Positions 45,795-62,571 are shown, counted from the stretch's first letter. The stretch is DNA of 64,000 nucleotides from Sedimentisphaerales bacterium (GCA_963708075.1 OY970194.1:7168001-7232000), one strand, 5' to 3'. The notes: generated from the letters alone by a model not told the origin. Numbers and translations are program-made.

Positions 45795-47066
45795 ATGGAT
45801 ACTCCCCTCACACAGAACATCAAGCCGGACCGCGAGCCGTTGGACATCACAGAGTACGAGCGCGCCGGCGGCTACCAGGCTCTGCGCAAAGCGATCTCAG
45901 ATGCCGCCGCGAGAGATTCAGCAGATGGTCATCGACTCAAACCTGCGGGGACGCGGCGGTGCGGGTTTCCCCACCGGGAAGAAATGGAGTTATGTCCCCA
46001 TGGGCGAAGAGGCCCGCCATCCGAAGTTCCTGATCATGAATGCGGATGAGATGGAGCCCGGGACGTTCAAGGACCGGCTGCTTCTGGAGGGAGACCCCAA
46101 CCTGATTGTCGAGAGCATGATCATCGGCGCCTATGCCATCGAGGCCGACGTGGCGTACATTTTCCTGCGATGGGCCTACAGGCTGGCCGCTCAGAGAGTG
46201 ACAAAAGCCATCGCCCAGGCCTACGAAAAGGGCTACCTGGGCAAGAATATCCTCGGCTCCCCCTTCAGTCTCGACCTGTACCTGCACATCAGTGCGGGCC
46301 GCTACATGTGCGGCGAGGAGGACGGTCTGCTCGATGCGCTCGAGGGCAAGCGGGCCATCCCGCGGACCAATCCGCCCCATTCGGTCACCTGCGGACTCTG
46401 GGGCAAGCCCACCGCCGTCAACAACGTGGAGACCCTCGCCAACGTTCCCCACATCATCAACAATGGCCCGGAGTGGTTCCGCAGCCTCAGCCACACGAGC
46501 GACGGCGGAACGAAGCTGTACGGGGCCAGCGGCAAGGTCAGGCGAAAGGGAATCTGGGAGCTGCCCATGGGGACGACCCTGGGGGAGATCTTCCACGAGT
46601 ACGCCGGGGGCATGATGGAGGGGTATGAGTTCCGGGGCCTTCTGCCCGGCGGAGCTTCGACGAGCTTCATGCTCGAGGAGCATTTCGACGTCCGGATGGA
46701 TTTCACCTTCCCCAGGAGGTGGGCAGCCGGCTGGGCACCGGCACCATCGTCGTCCTGGACGACAAGAGCTGCCCGGTGGGGATGCTCTGCAACCTGCAGC
46801 GGTTCTTCGCGCGGGAGTCCTGCGGCTGGTGCACTCCCTGTCGGGAGGGCCTGCCCTGGGTCGAGCGGATCCTGGATGCAGTAGAGCGGGGCCACGGCCG
46901 GCCCGAGGACATGGAGATCCTGGAGGAGCACACCTGGTTGATCCGGCTGGGCCACACCTTTTGTGCGCTGGCCCCGGGCGCCATGATGCCTCTGGAGTCG
47001 GCGCTGCAGTACTTCAAAGACGATTTCGACGAGCATATCCACCGCCATCGGTGTCCCTGGAGGTAG
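45795..47066 (+). CDS. nuoF: NADH-quinone oxidoreductase subunit F (frameshifts near 45900 and 46710)
   Basis: LRGRGGAGFPTGKKW, NADEMEPGTFKD, AGRYMCGEE, NNVETL, ESCGWCTPCREG, HTFCALA. Confidence 0.93.
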
Positions 47067-47069
47067 GCC

Positions 47070-49817
47070 GTGCCCACGATCTACGTGGATAACAAACCCT
47101 ACGAGGTGCCCGAAGGAGTGAACCTGCTCCATGCCTGTCTTTCCCTGGGGTTCGACATTCCCTATTTCTGCTGGCATCCGGCGATGCACTCGGTCGGGGC
47201 CTGCCGCCTGTGCGCCGTCAAGCTGTTCGCGGATGAGAATGACACCAAGGGCAAGATCGTGATGAGCTGCATGACCCTGGCCCAGGATGGCATCGCGTAT
47301 CTCGATCGAGGATCCCGACGCCGTGAAATTCCGCAAATCCGTGATCGAGTGGCTGATGGTCAATCATCCGCACGATTGCCCCGTGTGCGACGAAGGGGGC
47401 GAATGCCACTTGCAGGATATGACCCAGATGGCGGGGCACGTGTACCGGCGATATCGCTTCAAGAAGCGATCGTACCGCAATCAGTATCTCGGGCCGTTCG
47501 TCACCCATGAAATGAATCGCTGCATCCAGTGTTACCGGTGTGTCCGCTTTTATCGCGATTATGCGGGCGGCCGCGACCTCGAGGTCTTCGGCTGGCATGA
47601 CCGAGTCTACTTCGGACGCCACAAGGACGGTGTCCTGCAGAGCAAGTTCGCGGCAATCTCGTCGAGGTATGCCCGACGGGTGTGTTCACGGACAAGACGC
47701 TCGCCAATCACTACGTGCGCAAGTGGGACCTCCAGACGGCCCCGTCGGTATGCGTGCACTGCGGACTCGGCTGCAACACGATTCCCGGGGAGCGATATGG
47801 GACGCTTCGCCGCATTCGCAATCGTTACAATGGAGACGTGAACGGCTATTTCCTCTGTGATCGCGGACGGTTCGGTTATGAGTTTGTGAATAGCTCCCGC
47901 AGAATCCGGAACGCGTTTGTCGGCGACGGCGATGGTCACCTGGCGCCCGGACCCAAGCTGACGGTGCTGGCGGAAGTCGGCCGGCAGATCAAAGACAGCG
48001 AACGAGTCATCGGGATCGGCTCGGCGAGGGCCTCCCTGGAATCGAATTTCGCCCTGCGCTGCCTGGTTGGACCGGAGAACTTCTTCATGGGGGTCTCCGA
48101 CACGGACGTGCAATTGATCTCCTTCGTCACGGACATCCTGCGCCATGGGCCGGTGCATTCGGCTTCCCTGAATGACGCCAGCCTCGCCGACGCCGTTCTG
48201 GTCCTGGGCGAAGATGTCTCGAATGTAGCCCCCGTGTTGGATCTGTCCCTGCGGCGGTCCATTCTGCGCAAGCCCAGCACCATCGCCCGGGAGCTCCACA
48301 TCGAGCCTTGGAACGACGCCGCCGTCCGCGAGGCACTGCAGACGGAGAGGGGGCCGCTGTTCATCGCCACGACACACGGCACGGACCTGGATGAGGCGGC
48401 CACGCAGGCGTACCACGCTGTGCCGCAGGAGATCGCCCGCTTGGGCTTTGCCGTGGCGAACAAAGTGGATGCGGACGCTCCAGCCGTCCCGAACCTTGCA
48501 GCGGACATAGAGGCCCTCGCGGAAAGAATCGCAGACCATCTGCTGGACAGCGAGCGGCCGTTGATCGTTTCGGGCACCAGTTGCGCAAGCAGACCGGTTA
48601 TTGAGGCGGCCGCCAATGTCGCATACGCCCTGCATCGCAAAAAGGAGGGCACCCGAATCTGCTTTACAGTGCCCTGGTGCAACAGCATGGGGCTGGGGCT
48701 CATCGGCGGCAAGCACATCGGCTCCATCGTCGGCGCACTCAAGGCCAGGACGCCCACCACCGTCATTGTTCTGGAAAACGACATCTTCCGTCATCTGGAT
48801 ACGGCCCAGGCCGAGGCCATTCTGCACGCGGCCAATCACGTCATCACGATAGACCACGTTACTCACAGGACAACCGCGCGGTCGGGCTCCATCCTTCCAG
48901 CCACTACCTTTGCCGAGTCTACCGGGACGCTGGTGAACAACGAGGGTCGTGCCCAGCGGTTCTACAAGGTCCTGGAGCCCACCGGCGACGTCCAGGACAG
49001 TTGGCGCTGGATCGGCGAGATCATGGTGGCGGCAGGGAAAAGCAGTTCCCCGCCGTGGCGAACCTTTGACGATATCGTCAGGGACCTTGCACGAGAGATA
49101 CGGGTTCTGGAACCCGTGAGACAGGTCGCGCCGCCGGCAGACTTCCGCGTGGCGGGCCAGCAGATTCCGCGTCAACCTCATCGCTACAGCGGCCGCACGG
49201 CGATGAACGCCAGCATTAGCGTGCACGAGGCTCAGACGAACAAGGATCCCGATTCCGCCCTGGTCTTCTCCATGGAGGGTTTCCCGGGCCAACCTCCTTC
49301 GCCGCTGATCCCGCGTTTCTGGGCCCCGGGCTGGAACTCGGAGGCAGCGGTCAACAAGTACCAGGACGAGGTGGGCGGCCCGCTGCGCGGCGGCAACCCC
49401 GGGCAGACGCTGATTCGTCCTCCCGAAAACCCGCACGGCATGTATTTCACTGAAATCCCTGAAGCATTCGAGAAGCGGGACTGCCATTTACTCGTGGTCC
49501 CGGGCTATCACATTTTCGGATCGGAGGAATTGAGCATTCTCTCACCGGCGGTGGCCGAGCTTGTGACAAAGCCTTACATCGCCGTTAGCCCGGAAGATGC
49601 GGGACTGCTCGCCGTCGATGGAAACGGGCTCGTGGAAGTGGCCTTCTCCAACATCTCGCATCACTTGCCCGTGAAGATCGCCCCCGCAGTTCCCCATGGC
49701 ATGGCGGTGGTTCCAATGGGGTTGCCGGGAATCCAGTGGAACGGCGCGCCCCTCTGGCAAAGACTGTTACGAAGTTCGGAACCGCCCGGAACGGAGTCGC
49801 GCGAGGGGAACAAGTGA
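47070..49817 (+). CDS. nuoG: NADH-quinone oxidoreductase subunit G, long E. coli-type (frameshifts near 47292 and 47650)
   Basis: FCWHP...[33 protein letters not shown]7-type CVHCGLGC...[22 protein letters not shown]. Confidence 0.93.
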
Positions 49818-50759
49818 TCAAATCACTGCTGATTATCGTTGGCCTGCTCGCGGCGATTCTGACCGTTGCCAGCGGACTGATCTGGCTCGAGCGCCGTTTG
49901 CTGGCACTCTGGCAGGATCGCTACGGGCCTAATCGCGTGGGTCCTTTCGGCATCCTGCAGGTCTTCGCGGATGTGATCAAGATCCTGATGAAGGAGGACT
50001 GGATCCCGCCGTTGGCCGATGCGCCTGTATTCGTCATCGCTCCGGCGATCACGGTGACCACCACGCTCATGTCCTTTGCGATCATTGTCTTTGCCCCGGG
50101 GATCACCGTTGTCGATCTGGGCATCGGCGTGCTCTTTTTTCTGGCGATGTCCTCGCTCGGCGTCTACAGCCTCGTGCTCGGCGGGTGGTCCTCGAACAAC
50201 AAGTACTCGCTGCTGGGGGGACTCCGGGCCGCCGCCCAGATGCTCAGCTATGAGCTCTTCATGGGATTGTCGCTCATGGGCGTGGTGATGCTGGCGGGTT
50301 CCTTCAATATCTGCGGACATCGTCGAAGGCGCAGAGAAACTTGTGGTTCTGCGTCCCTCAGTTCGTTGGTCTGGGTGTGTTCTTCATTGCCGGGCTGGCA
50401 GAGACGCACAGATTGCCCCTCGACCTTCCGGAAGCGGACAACGAGCTTGTCGCCGGCTATCACAGCGAGTACTCCGGCATGAAGTTCGGCCTGTTCTTTT
50501 TGGGGGAGTACATCGGGATCACGTTGATCTCGGCGTTGATCACGACATTCTTCTTCGGCGGCTGGCTGGGTCCGTGGCTGCCGGGCATTCTCTGGTTCTT
50601 CCTCAAGACCATGATCTTCGTGAGCCTGTTCATCGCCTTGCGGGCGTCGCTGCCCCGGCCCCGATACGATCAACTCATGGCCTATGCCTGGAAAGTCGTG
50701 CTTCCGCTGGCGCTCATGAACCTCTCGTCACGGGCGGAGTGCTTCTTGCTACCGCATAA
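49814..50759 (+). CDS. nuoH: NADH-quinone oxidoreductase subunit H (frameshifts near 50312 and 50722)
   Basis: [62 protein letters not shown]. Confidence 0.93.
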
Positions 50760-50771
50760 AGAGGAGGCGGC

Positions 50772-51288
50772 ATGATCAGTCTGATACGAAGATCTGGCGA
50801 AGTCGTCCTGCACACGCTGCACAAGCGGGTGACAATCCAGTACCCTGACGCAGAGACCCCGGATCAGGCCGCGGTGGCGGGGCCGGATCATCCTGTCCCG
50901 TGATCCCGACGGCGGCGAGCGCTGCGTGGCCTGCTACCTCTGCGCCGTGGCGTGTCCCGTCGATTGCATCGCCCTCCAGTCGACGCAGGATGCCACCGGT
51001 CGGCGATACCCGGAATTCTTTCGGATCAATTTCTCGCGGTGCATCTTCTGCGGGTTCTGTGAGGAGGCCTGCCCGACGTACGCCATCCAGCTCACGCCGG
51101 ACTTTGAGATGTCTGAGTACGACCGGCAGAAGCTCGTCTACGAGAAAGAGGACCTGTTGATCAACGGGCCGGGCAAGTACCCGGGCTACAACTACTACCG
51201 CGTGGCCGGCGTATCCATCGGCGGAAAAGACAAGGGGCAGTCGGAAGAGGAATCCCCGCCCGTGGATACTCGCGCTATCATGCCGTGA
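50772..51288 (+). CDS. nuoI: NADH-quinone oxidoreductase subunit I (frameshift near 50862)
   Basis: [48 protein letters not shown]. Confidence 0.93.
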
Positions 51289-51311
51289 AGAAGTCACAAG
51301 GCACTCTCACC

Positions 51312-51826
51312 ATGACGTTCGTTTTCTATCTCTCGGCTGCTGCGGCTGTTGTGGCCGCGCTGCTGGCCATCACGCGGGCCAATGCGGTCCACGCGCTGCT
51401 GTACTTCATCTGCTCGCTGCTGGCCACGGCCGTGGCATGTTCTTCGTTCTCGGCGCGCCTTTTGTGGCGGCACTGGTTGTGATCATCAACGCCGGGGCCA
51501 TCATGGTGCTTTTCGTGTTCGTCGTCATGATGCTGAATATCGGTCCCCAGTCCCGCGACCACGAGCGAGCATGGCTCAAGCCTCGTGTGTGGATTGGCCC
51601 CGTGCTGCTCAGCGGACTGCTCGTCATCGAGTTGGTCTATAGTCTTATGCAGTACCGGACCAGCGCGATCGCCGGACAGGTGGTGGAGCCGAGGCAGGTG
51701 GGGATGGCTTTGTTCGGTCCCTATCTGCTGGCCGTGGAGCTGGCCTCCATGCTCCTGCTGGCCGGTCTTCTGGGGGCCTACCATCTGGGCCAGGGCGTGC
51801 TGCGGTTCAAAGGAGAGCAGCCGTGA
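51312..51826 (+). CDS. nuoJ: NADH-quinone oxidoreductase subunit J (frameshift near 51435)
   Basis: NAVHALLY, AGAIMVLFVFVVMMLN, LFGPYLLAVELASMLLL. Confidence 0.92.
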
Positions 51827-52133
51827 CGGCGAATGTCCCCCTCGGAGTCGGGCTTTCCATCGCAGCCGTGCTGTTCTGCATCGGTCTGGCGGGGGTCCTC
51901 GTACGGCGAAACATCATCATCATTCTGCTGTCCATCGAGACCATGCTCAACGCGTGCGGCCTTGCCTTCGTGTTCGCCGGCTCGCAGTGGCTGCAGCCCG
52001 ACGGCCAGGTCATGTACTTTTTCATCCTCACGTGGCGGCCGCCGAGGTTTCGGTAGGATTGAGCCTCGTCCTGCAGATGTATCGCTACTTCGGCTCTCTG
52101 GACGTCAACACGATCAACAGGATGCGAGGATAA
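51823..52133 (+). CDS. nuoK: NADH-quinone oxidoreductase subunit K (frameshift near 52030)
   Basis: GVLVRRN, IETMLNA, DGQV; AAAEVSVGL...MRG lies in the next frame. Confidence 0.92.
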
Positions 52134-52134
52134 G

Positions 52135-54020
<1,886 letters not shown>

Positions 54021-54024
<4 letters not shown>

Positions 54025-55508
54025 TCCTGTTGTGGCTGCTCATCGTGACGTTCGCAGGGGCGGTGGCCGCCTGGGTGCTCGGCTGGTGGAGTAAGGGGGC
54101 CGGCCGCTGGGTGACGCTCGCCGCCTTGTTCGTGGATGCGGTTCTGCTGGTCCTTGCCTGGGCCTCGGCATCCGGCCAGACGTGGCTCCATGAGTTTGAC
54201 TATCCGTGGATTGAGCCGCTTGGGATGCGCTTCCATCTGGGAGTCGATGGTCTGAGCCTGCTGCTTCTGACCTTGACGGTCTTCCTCGGGATTGCAGCGG
54301 TCAGCGCCTCTTGGACGCAAATCCAGGAGCGGGTAGGGGCATTCTACCTGAGTCTCATGCTGACACTGGCCGGAATCATGGGCGTCTTCATGGCCCTGGA
54401 TCTCTTCCTGTTCTACTTCTTCTGGGAGCTGATGCTGATCCCCATGTATTTTCTCATCGCGGTCTGGGGCCATGAGAACCGTGCTCCGGCCGCGATCAAG
54501 TTCTTCCTGTTCACCCAGGCCGGCAGCCTGCCGATGTTCGTGGCGATCCTGGCTTTGTACTTCATCCACGGCCGTTCCACAGGTGTCTACAGCTTCGATT
54601 ATCAGCAACTGCTGGATACCCAGACGTCGGGTTCCATCAGCTTCTGGCTCATGCTGGCCTTTTTCGCCGCCTTTGCTGTCAAGCTGCCAATGGTCGGGCT
54701 GCACACGTGGCTGCCGGATGCGCACACCGAGGCGCCCACGGGCGGAAGCGTCATCCTGGCCGGACTGTTGCTCAAGACCGGAGCCTACGGTTTCCTGCGT
54801 TTTGCCTTGCCGCTGTTTCCGGTGGATAGCGGGCGGATTGCCTGGCCCGCCATGATCCTGGGGACAGCGGGCATTCTGTACGGGGCCTTCCTCGCCTTTG
54901 CCCAGCAGGACGCAAAGCGGCTCGTGGCCTATACCAGCGTCAGTCACTTAGGCTTCGTTCTCCTGGGCATCTACGCGGGTACCGCGATGGCCTTGCAGGG
55001 CGCGATCGTGGTTCTTCTGGCGCATGGCCTGAGCACGGGCGGCATGTTCATCGTTGTAGGCGCTCTGGAGGATCGCTTCCACACCCGCCGGCTGGACGAG
55101 CTTGGCGGGCTCTGGGCGACCACGCCTCGCCTCGGCGGCGTCGCGCTGTTCCTGGCCCTGGCCTTGCTTGGCTTACCGGGGTTGGCCAACTTCGTCGGCG
55201 AGTTCCTCGTCCTCACGGGGACATTCGCCGTCAGTCCCACGCTGGCCGCGCTGGGCGCAATAGGATTTGTCCTGTCCTCCATCTACTCGCTCTGGTTGAT
55301 CTACCGGGTCTTTCACGGGCCTGTGCGGGCGGGACTTACGGCACCGGACCTTGGGGCTCGCGAGATGCTTGTTTTCAGCCTGATCATCGCCGGGATCGTC
55401 TGGCTGGGAGTCTATCCGCAGCCGGTTCTCGATACGGCCAGACCCCAGGTCGAGTCTCTCCTGAACTCCACCGCAGACGTCGGAACGGTCATCACAGTCG
55501 GCAAATGA
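54021..55508 (+). CDS. nuoM: NADH-quinone oxidoreductase subunit M
   Basis: FFWELMLIPMYFLI, FAVKLPM..LHTWLPDAH, LLKTGAYG, AYTSVSHLG, NFVGE. Confidence 0.96.
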
Positions 55509-55511
55509 CTC

Positions 55512-56975
55512 ATGAGTATCACTGATCTGCCGCAAATCCTGCCACTGGTTATTCTGGCCGCCGGAGCAGTCTTTGGCATGTTGACCATTGCTGTCCGGCG
55601 CAGCCATGTCATGGTCTTCGTGATTGCTCTCGTCACGCTGGTTCTCGCTCTGGTTTCGCTTCGAGTCTGGGTTCCCATCGACGGCGAGTACATCACGGCG
55701 CTTCTGCGATTCGACGGCTACGCCATCTTCTTCATGGGCCTGCTGTTCTCGGCAGCTATTGCGGTCGTCGTGATGTCCTATGGGTACATGAGAGGGCGGC
55801 CCATCGTTCGGGAAGAGTTCTACCTCCTCGTCCTCACCGCCATGCTCGGCTGCGCGGTCCTTGTGTCAAGCACGCATTTTGTGTCCTTCTTCATCGGGCT
55901 TGAACTGCTGAGCGTGTCATTGTATACCCTGATCGCCTACAGCCGCTCACGGCAAATCGACATTGAGGCGGGCATCAAGTACCTGATCCCGGCCTCCACG
56001 TCCAGCGCCTTGCTGCTGTTTGGAATGTCGCTCATCTACGCACACACGGGGACCATGGACCTGTTCGAACTGGCCAGATTGGCCTCATCGCCCTGGCAGC
56101 GGGGCGATCTGCTCGCCTTTGTGGGCGCCGGCATGATCCTGATCGGCATCGGGTTCAAGCTGGCGCTGGTCCCGTTCCATTTCTGGGCCGCCGACGTGTA
56201 CGAAGGGGCGCCCGCGCCGGTGACAGCCCTGATCGCCACGGCCTCGAAAGGGGCCATCTTCGCCTTGCTGCTTCGCTACTTCGGCGCCATGCACATGCGG
56301 ACGCAGGGCCCGTTCCTTCTCATTTTCACGTGGATAGCGGTCGTCTCCATGTTCGTTGGGAACTATCTGGCGCTGCGGCAGAACAATGTGAAGCGCCTGC
56401 TCGCCTACTCCTCCATCGCCCACATGGGCTACCTGCTCGTGGCTTTCCTGGCGGCCGGCACGCTCGCCGTAACGGCTGTCACCTTCTATCTGCTCGCGTA
56501 CTTCATCACCACCCTCGGGGCTTTCGGCGTCATCACGATGATGTCCGACAAGGAGGACGACTTCGCCGATCTTGCGGGTTATCGTGGGCTGGCCCGGGCT
56601 CATCCCTTTCTCGCGGCGGCACTGTCGGCAATGATGCTCTCACTCGCCGGGCTGCCTCTCACCGCAGGATTCTTCGCGAAGTTCTATGCGGTGCTCGCGG
56701 GCGTCCGGTCCGAGATGTGGCTGCTGGTCCTCGTCCTTGCGGCGAACAGTGTGATCTCCCTGTTCTACTACCTGCGAGTGATCATCGCCGTGTACCAGCC
56801 CGTCCAGCCGGCGTCCGATGAAGCGGGAATCGTTCGACCTCGCATCGCCGCGCCATCCGGCTCCCTCCTCGGCACAGTCGTCCTGGCGCTTCTTCTGCTG
56901 GCACTCCTCGGGATCGGCGTCTATCCGGGCCCGGTCATCCGCTTCATCGAGAGCCTCACCGGCAGCCTGGTGTAG
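55512..56975 (+). CDS. nuoN: NADH-quinone oxidoreductase subunit N
   Basis: EAGIKY, FKLALVPFHFWAADVYEGAP, KRLLAYSSIAHMGY, SLAGLPLTAGF, FYYLRVI. Confidence 0.96.
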   Translation: MSITDLPQILPLVILAAGAVFGMLTIAVRRSHVMVFVIALVTLVLALVSLRVWVPIDGEYITALLRFDGYAIFFMGLLFSAAIAVVVMSYGYMRGRPIVREEFYLLVLTAMLGCAVLVSSTHFVSFFIGLELLSVSLYTLIAYSRSRQIDIEAGIKYLIPASTSSALLLFGMSLIYAHTGTMDLFELARLASSPWQRGDLLAFVGAGMILIGIGFKLALVPFHFWAADVYEGAPAPVTALIATASKGAIFALLLRYFGAMHMRTQGPFLLIFTWIAVVSMFVGNYLALRQNNVKRLLAYSSIAHMGYLLVAFLAAGTLAVTAVTFYLLAYFITTLGAFGVITMMSDKEDDFADLAGYRGLARAHPFLAAALSAMMLSLAGLPLTAGFFAKFYAVLAGVRSEMWLLVLVLAANSVISLFYYLRVIIAVYQPVQPASDEAGIVRPRIAAPSGSLLGTVVLALLLLALLGIGVYPGPVIRFIESLTGSLV

Positions 56976-57001
56976 CGCCCACGCGCTGACACGGGCTGTG
57001 G

Positions 57002-57016
57002 GAAGCACTTTCCGCA
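57002..57016. promoter_or_regulatory. Candidate regulator site GYAnTTnCCnYA
   Basis: gaaGCAcTTtCCgCA in the 80-bp gap between nuoN and tkt. Confidence 0.35.
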
Positions 57017-57055
57017 AATACACGTTTCATGAGATAAACCGAACGGAGTGGTTCT

Positions 57056-59113
<2,058 letters not shown>

Positions 59114-59151
59114 TGTGGGGGCTGGTGCAAGATCGAGCTTGGAGGAAAAAC

Positions 59152-59862
59152 ATGAAAGCCTCTCCTCATATTTCGGTATTGTTCGTGGATATCGGCGGGG
59201 TGTTGCTGACGAACGGCTGGGACCGCGAGATGCGCCGGCGGGCGGTGGAGAAGTTCGGCCTCGATATGGAAGAGATGAACGAGCGACACAACCTGACGTT
59301 CGACACGTATGAGCGGGGTCTGCTCAGCCTGGATGAGTACCTCAGGCGGGTCGTGTTCTATCAGGGCAGGACGTTCACACCGGATCAGTTCAAGAGCTAC
59401 ATGTTCGGTCAATCACAGGCTCTCGACAACAACATAAAGATGTTCAGGAAGGTCGCGTATGCGAATGGGCTCAAAGTCGGCGCCGTCAGCAATGAGGGGC
59501 GTGAGTTGGCCGTTCATCGCATCCGGGAGTTCCATCTGACCGAGTTCGTCGAGTTTTTTGTCATCTCGTCTTTTGTGCGTTTCCGGAAACCGGACGCGGA
59601 CATCTTCCGGCTTGCCCTGGACATCGCCCAGGTGCCGCCGGAGCAGGCGGTCTATGTGGAAGACCGCCCGATGTTTGTCGAGATAGCTCGCGAACTGGGG
59701 ATTCACAGCATTCATCACGAGACGATGGAAAAGACCCTCCGGGCACTCGATGGTCTGGGGCTGGGATTGCCCACGGCACGGAGGCCCGGCCGGCCGCGCC
59801 ACGCCCGCCGCAGCAGGGCAAGGATCGCAGTCCGGATGACGGGCAGTCGGGTCAAGCTGTAA
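59152..59862 (+). CDS. HAD-superfamily hydrolase (YihX-like phosphatase)
   Basis: FVDIGGVL, VSNE, RKPD, YVEDR motifs; GGAGG RBS. Confidence 0.88.
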   Translation: MKASPHISVLFVDIGGVLLTNGWDREMRRRAVEKFGLDMEEMNERHNLTFDTYERGLLSLDEYLRRVVFYQGRTFTPDQFKSYMFGQSQALDNNIKMFRKVAYANGLKVGAVSNEGRELAVHRIREFHLTEFVEFFVISSFVRFRKPDADIFRLALDIAQVPPEQAVYVEDRPMFVEIARELGIHSIHHETMEKTLRALDGLGLGLPTARRPGRPRHARRSRARIAVRMTGSRVKL

Positions 59863-59881
59863 TGGAACGGCCACAAGTCGT

Positions 59882-60874
59882 ATGCCCGCACAATCGCCAG
59901 CCGAGAGTCCAGACCGTGATAACCGTAAGCTTGCCTCCGGACGCAGACGCCGCCTGATCGTTAGTGTCGGGGGGATCGTTCTGGCGGTCGGGCTTGTTGT
60001 CGGTTCCATTTATTACTGGCGCTCCATCTTCTACGAATCGACGGACGATGCCTACGTTCAAGGCGACCCCGTCACCATCAGTGCTCGCGCTGCCGGCAAC
60101 ATTGTGCACGTTCACGCAACGGACAACCAATGGGTCCAGCAGGGCACGCTGCTTGTGGAGGTCGATCCCTGCGATTACCAAATTCACCTGGCGAAGACGG
60201 AGGCCAGCGTACGGTCCGCACAAGCGGATGAGGAGCAGGCGGCTGCCGATGTCGAGGTGGCCAGGGCTCAGTGGATCCAGCAGCAGCAGGACCTCAGCCG
60301 CAATGAGGAACTTGCCCGTCAGGGCGCCGTCACGGCCCAGGTGCTGGAGCACAGCCAGGCCGCCGCTCGATCTGCCCAGGCCGCCCTGCATGCGGCCGAG
60401 AAGCGTCTGGCCTCGTTTCGTGCCAAGACGGTCGAGGCGAGAGTCGATGCCGAGCAGGCCCGCCTGCAGTTGTCGTACACGAAGATCACCGCTCCGACAA
60501 CCGGTTACGTCACCCAAAAACGGGCTGAGGAGGGGATGTACGTCAGCGTCGGTCAGCCGTTGCTGGCGATCGTGCCCGACGAGATGTACGTGGTGGCCAA
60601 CTTCAAGGAGACCCAGTTGACGTACATGCGTCCGGGCCAGCCGGTTTCAGTCAGGGTCGATGCCTATCCCGGTGTCGTGTTCAGCGCTCACGTGGATAGC
60701 ATCCAGGCCGGGACCGGTGCGGCGTTCAGCCTCTTTCCCCCGGAGAACGCCACCGGCAATTTCGTGAAGGTTGTGCAGCGGGTCCCCGTCAAGATCGTCT
60801 TCGACACGCCGCCCGACCGGGACCATCGCCTGGTGCTCGGGATGTCGGTTCGACCGACAGTCAGAATTAAGTAG
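59882..60874 (+). CDS. emrA: HlyD/EmrA-family membrane fusion protein
   Basis: STDDAYV, ANFKETQL, GTGAAFSLFPPENATGNFVKVVQRVPVKI. Confidence 0.93.
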   Translation: MPAQSPAESPDRDNRKLASGRRRRLIVSVGGIVLAVGLVVGSIYYWRSIFYESTDDAYVQGDPVTISARAAGNIVHVHATDNQWVQQGTLLVEVDPCDYQIHLAKTEASVRSAQADEEQAAADVEVARAQWIQQQQDLSRNEELARQGAVTAQVLEHSQAAARSAQAALHAAEKRLASFRAKTVEARVDAEQARLQLSYTKITAPTTGYVTQKRAEEGMYVSVGQPLLAIVPDEMYVVANFKETQLTYMRPGQPVSVRVDAYPGVVFSAHVDSIQAGTGAAFSLFPPENATGNFVKVVQRVPVKIVFDTPPDRDHRLVLGMSVRPTVRIK

Positions 60875-60892
60875 CCCTCTCTTGAAAGCGGA

Positions 60893-62477
60893 ATGAAGAC
60901 TGAACGCCACGTCACAAGAATATCAGCCGGATGTCAATCCGTGGATTATCGCCATGACGGTCATGCTGGCTACGTTCATGGAGGTGCTCGATACGAGCGT
61001 CGCCAACGTGGCGCTGCCCCATATCGCCGGAGGCATGGCGGTGGATCTACAGGAGAGCACATGGGTGCTGACCTCATACCTCGTGTCCAACGCGATTGTC
61101 CTTCCGCTGAGCGGTTGGCTCTCCTCGCTGTTCGGCCGGAAGAATGTCTTCTTCACGTGCGTGGGACTCTTCGCGTTCAGCTCATTCCTGTGCGGTATCG
61201 CGCCCAATCTGGAGCTGCTGATCCTCTTCCGCGTCTTTCAGGGTATCGGCGGAGGCGCCATGCAGCCGATCTCTCAGGCCATCCTGCTGGAAAGCTTCCC
61301 TCCACAGAAGCGGGGGATGGCCATGGGCATTTTCGGAATGGGTGTCGTCGTTGCGCCCATCATTGGGCCGACCCTGGGGGGATGGCTCAGCGACAATTAC
61401 AGTTGGCGGTGGATCTTCTTCATCAACATCCCGGTCGGGCTGCTCTCGATGTTCCTGACCAGCTTGTTCATCTTCGACCCGCCATACCTGGTGCGCAGCC
61501 GCCTGGGAGGCGTCAAAATCGACTACCTGGGGTTGGGTTTGATCAGCCTGGGACTGGGCTGCCTGCAGGTGTTCCTCGACAAGGGGCAGACCGAAGACTG
61601 GTTCGCATCGAGGTTCATCCTTGTGACGGCGACCATCGCCTTCGTGTGCCTGGCGGTGCTCCTCGTCTGGGAGCTGATCCACCCATCGCCGATCATCAAC
61701 CTGCGGCTGATGAAGGACCGAAACTTCTCGATGGGGGTCCTGGCCATGTTCGTGCTCGGCTTCATCCTGTATGGGAGTCTCCTTCTGCTACCCATACTGC
61801 TCCAGGAGCTTCTGGGCTACACAGCTACGCTGGCCGGCATGGTGCTCTCGCCCGGGGGATTTCTGACGCTGCTGATGATGCCTGTCGCGGGTTCGCTGGT
61901 CGCCCGGGTCCAGGCTCGCTACCTGATCATAGCGGGTCTCGGGATCGTCGCCTACTCCATGTTCTACATGGCCGGTTTCAACCTCCAGATCGACTTCCGG
62001 GCCGCCGTGATTGCCCGAGCGATCCAGGGGGCCGGGCTGGCCTTCCTGTTCGTGCCGATCAACGCTGCCGCCTTCTTCTTCGTCCCTCGCGAGAAGACCG
62101 GGCAGGGGACTGCGATCGTCAATCTGGTCCGCAATATCGGGGGCAGCTCCGGAATCGCATTCGTCACGACGTTCCTGGCTCGCCACACGCAGGCCCATCA
62201 GAACTATCTGGTCGATAGTCTGACCCCTCTGAATCCCGTGTTCACCCGGGCGATGTCGGGCATCGAGGCAGCCCTGATTCAGCAGGGGGTCGATCCTTCG
62301 CAGGCGCCCATGCGTGCCTTGGGCGTCATCTATCGCATGCTCGTCGAGCAGGCGAGTATGCTGGCGTACACGGACGCCTTCCGAATCCTGGGCATCATTT
62401 CACTCGTGCTCATTCCGGTCATGTTGTTCCTGAAGAGCATCCGGGGCGGTGCGGCCGACATGCCCGCCGCACATTGA
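60893..62477 (+). CDS. emrB: DHA2 (EmrB/QacA) MFS efflux permease; 5' end uncertain (probable indel near 60900)
   Basis: NPWIIAMTVMLATFMEVLDTSVANVALP, WVLTSYL, GPTLGGW, WRWIFFINIPVG, RNIGGS. Confidence 0.93.
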
Positions 62478-62556
62478 ACGCGAGAACTGTGACAGGGATC
62501 TGCGGCCAAGCTCACCTCGCAATACACGGTCCGGCAATCAGTTGCCTGAGCCGCAT

Positions 62557-62571
62557 TACGCATTTTCCCTA
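62557..62571. promoter_or_regulatory. Candidate regulator site GYAnTTnCCnYA
   Basis: tacGCAtTTtCCcTA about 90 bp upstream of the porin gene, with a weaker copy (TCAGTTGCCTGA) about 22 bp upstream of it. Confidence 0.35.

Noticed and set aside
59770..59862. Arg-rich C-terminal tail of the HAD protein as a functional domain
   Set aside because: Low-complexity GC-rich read-through; it may result from an indel.
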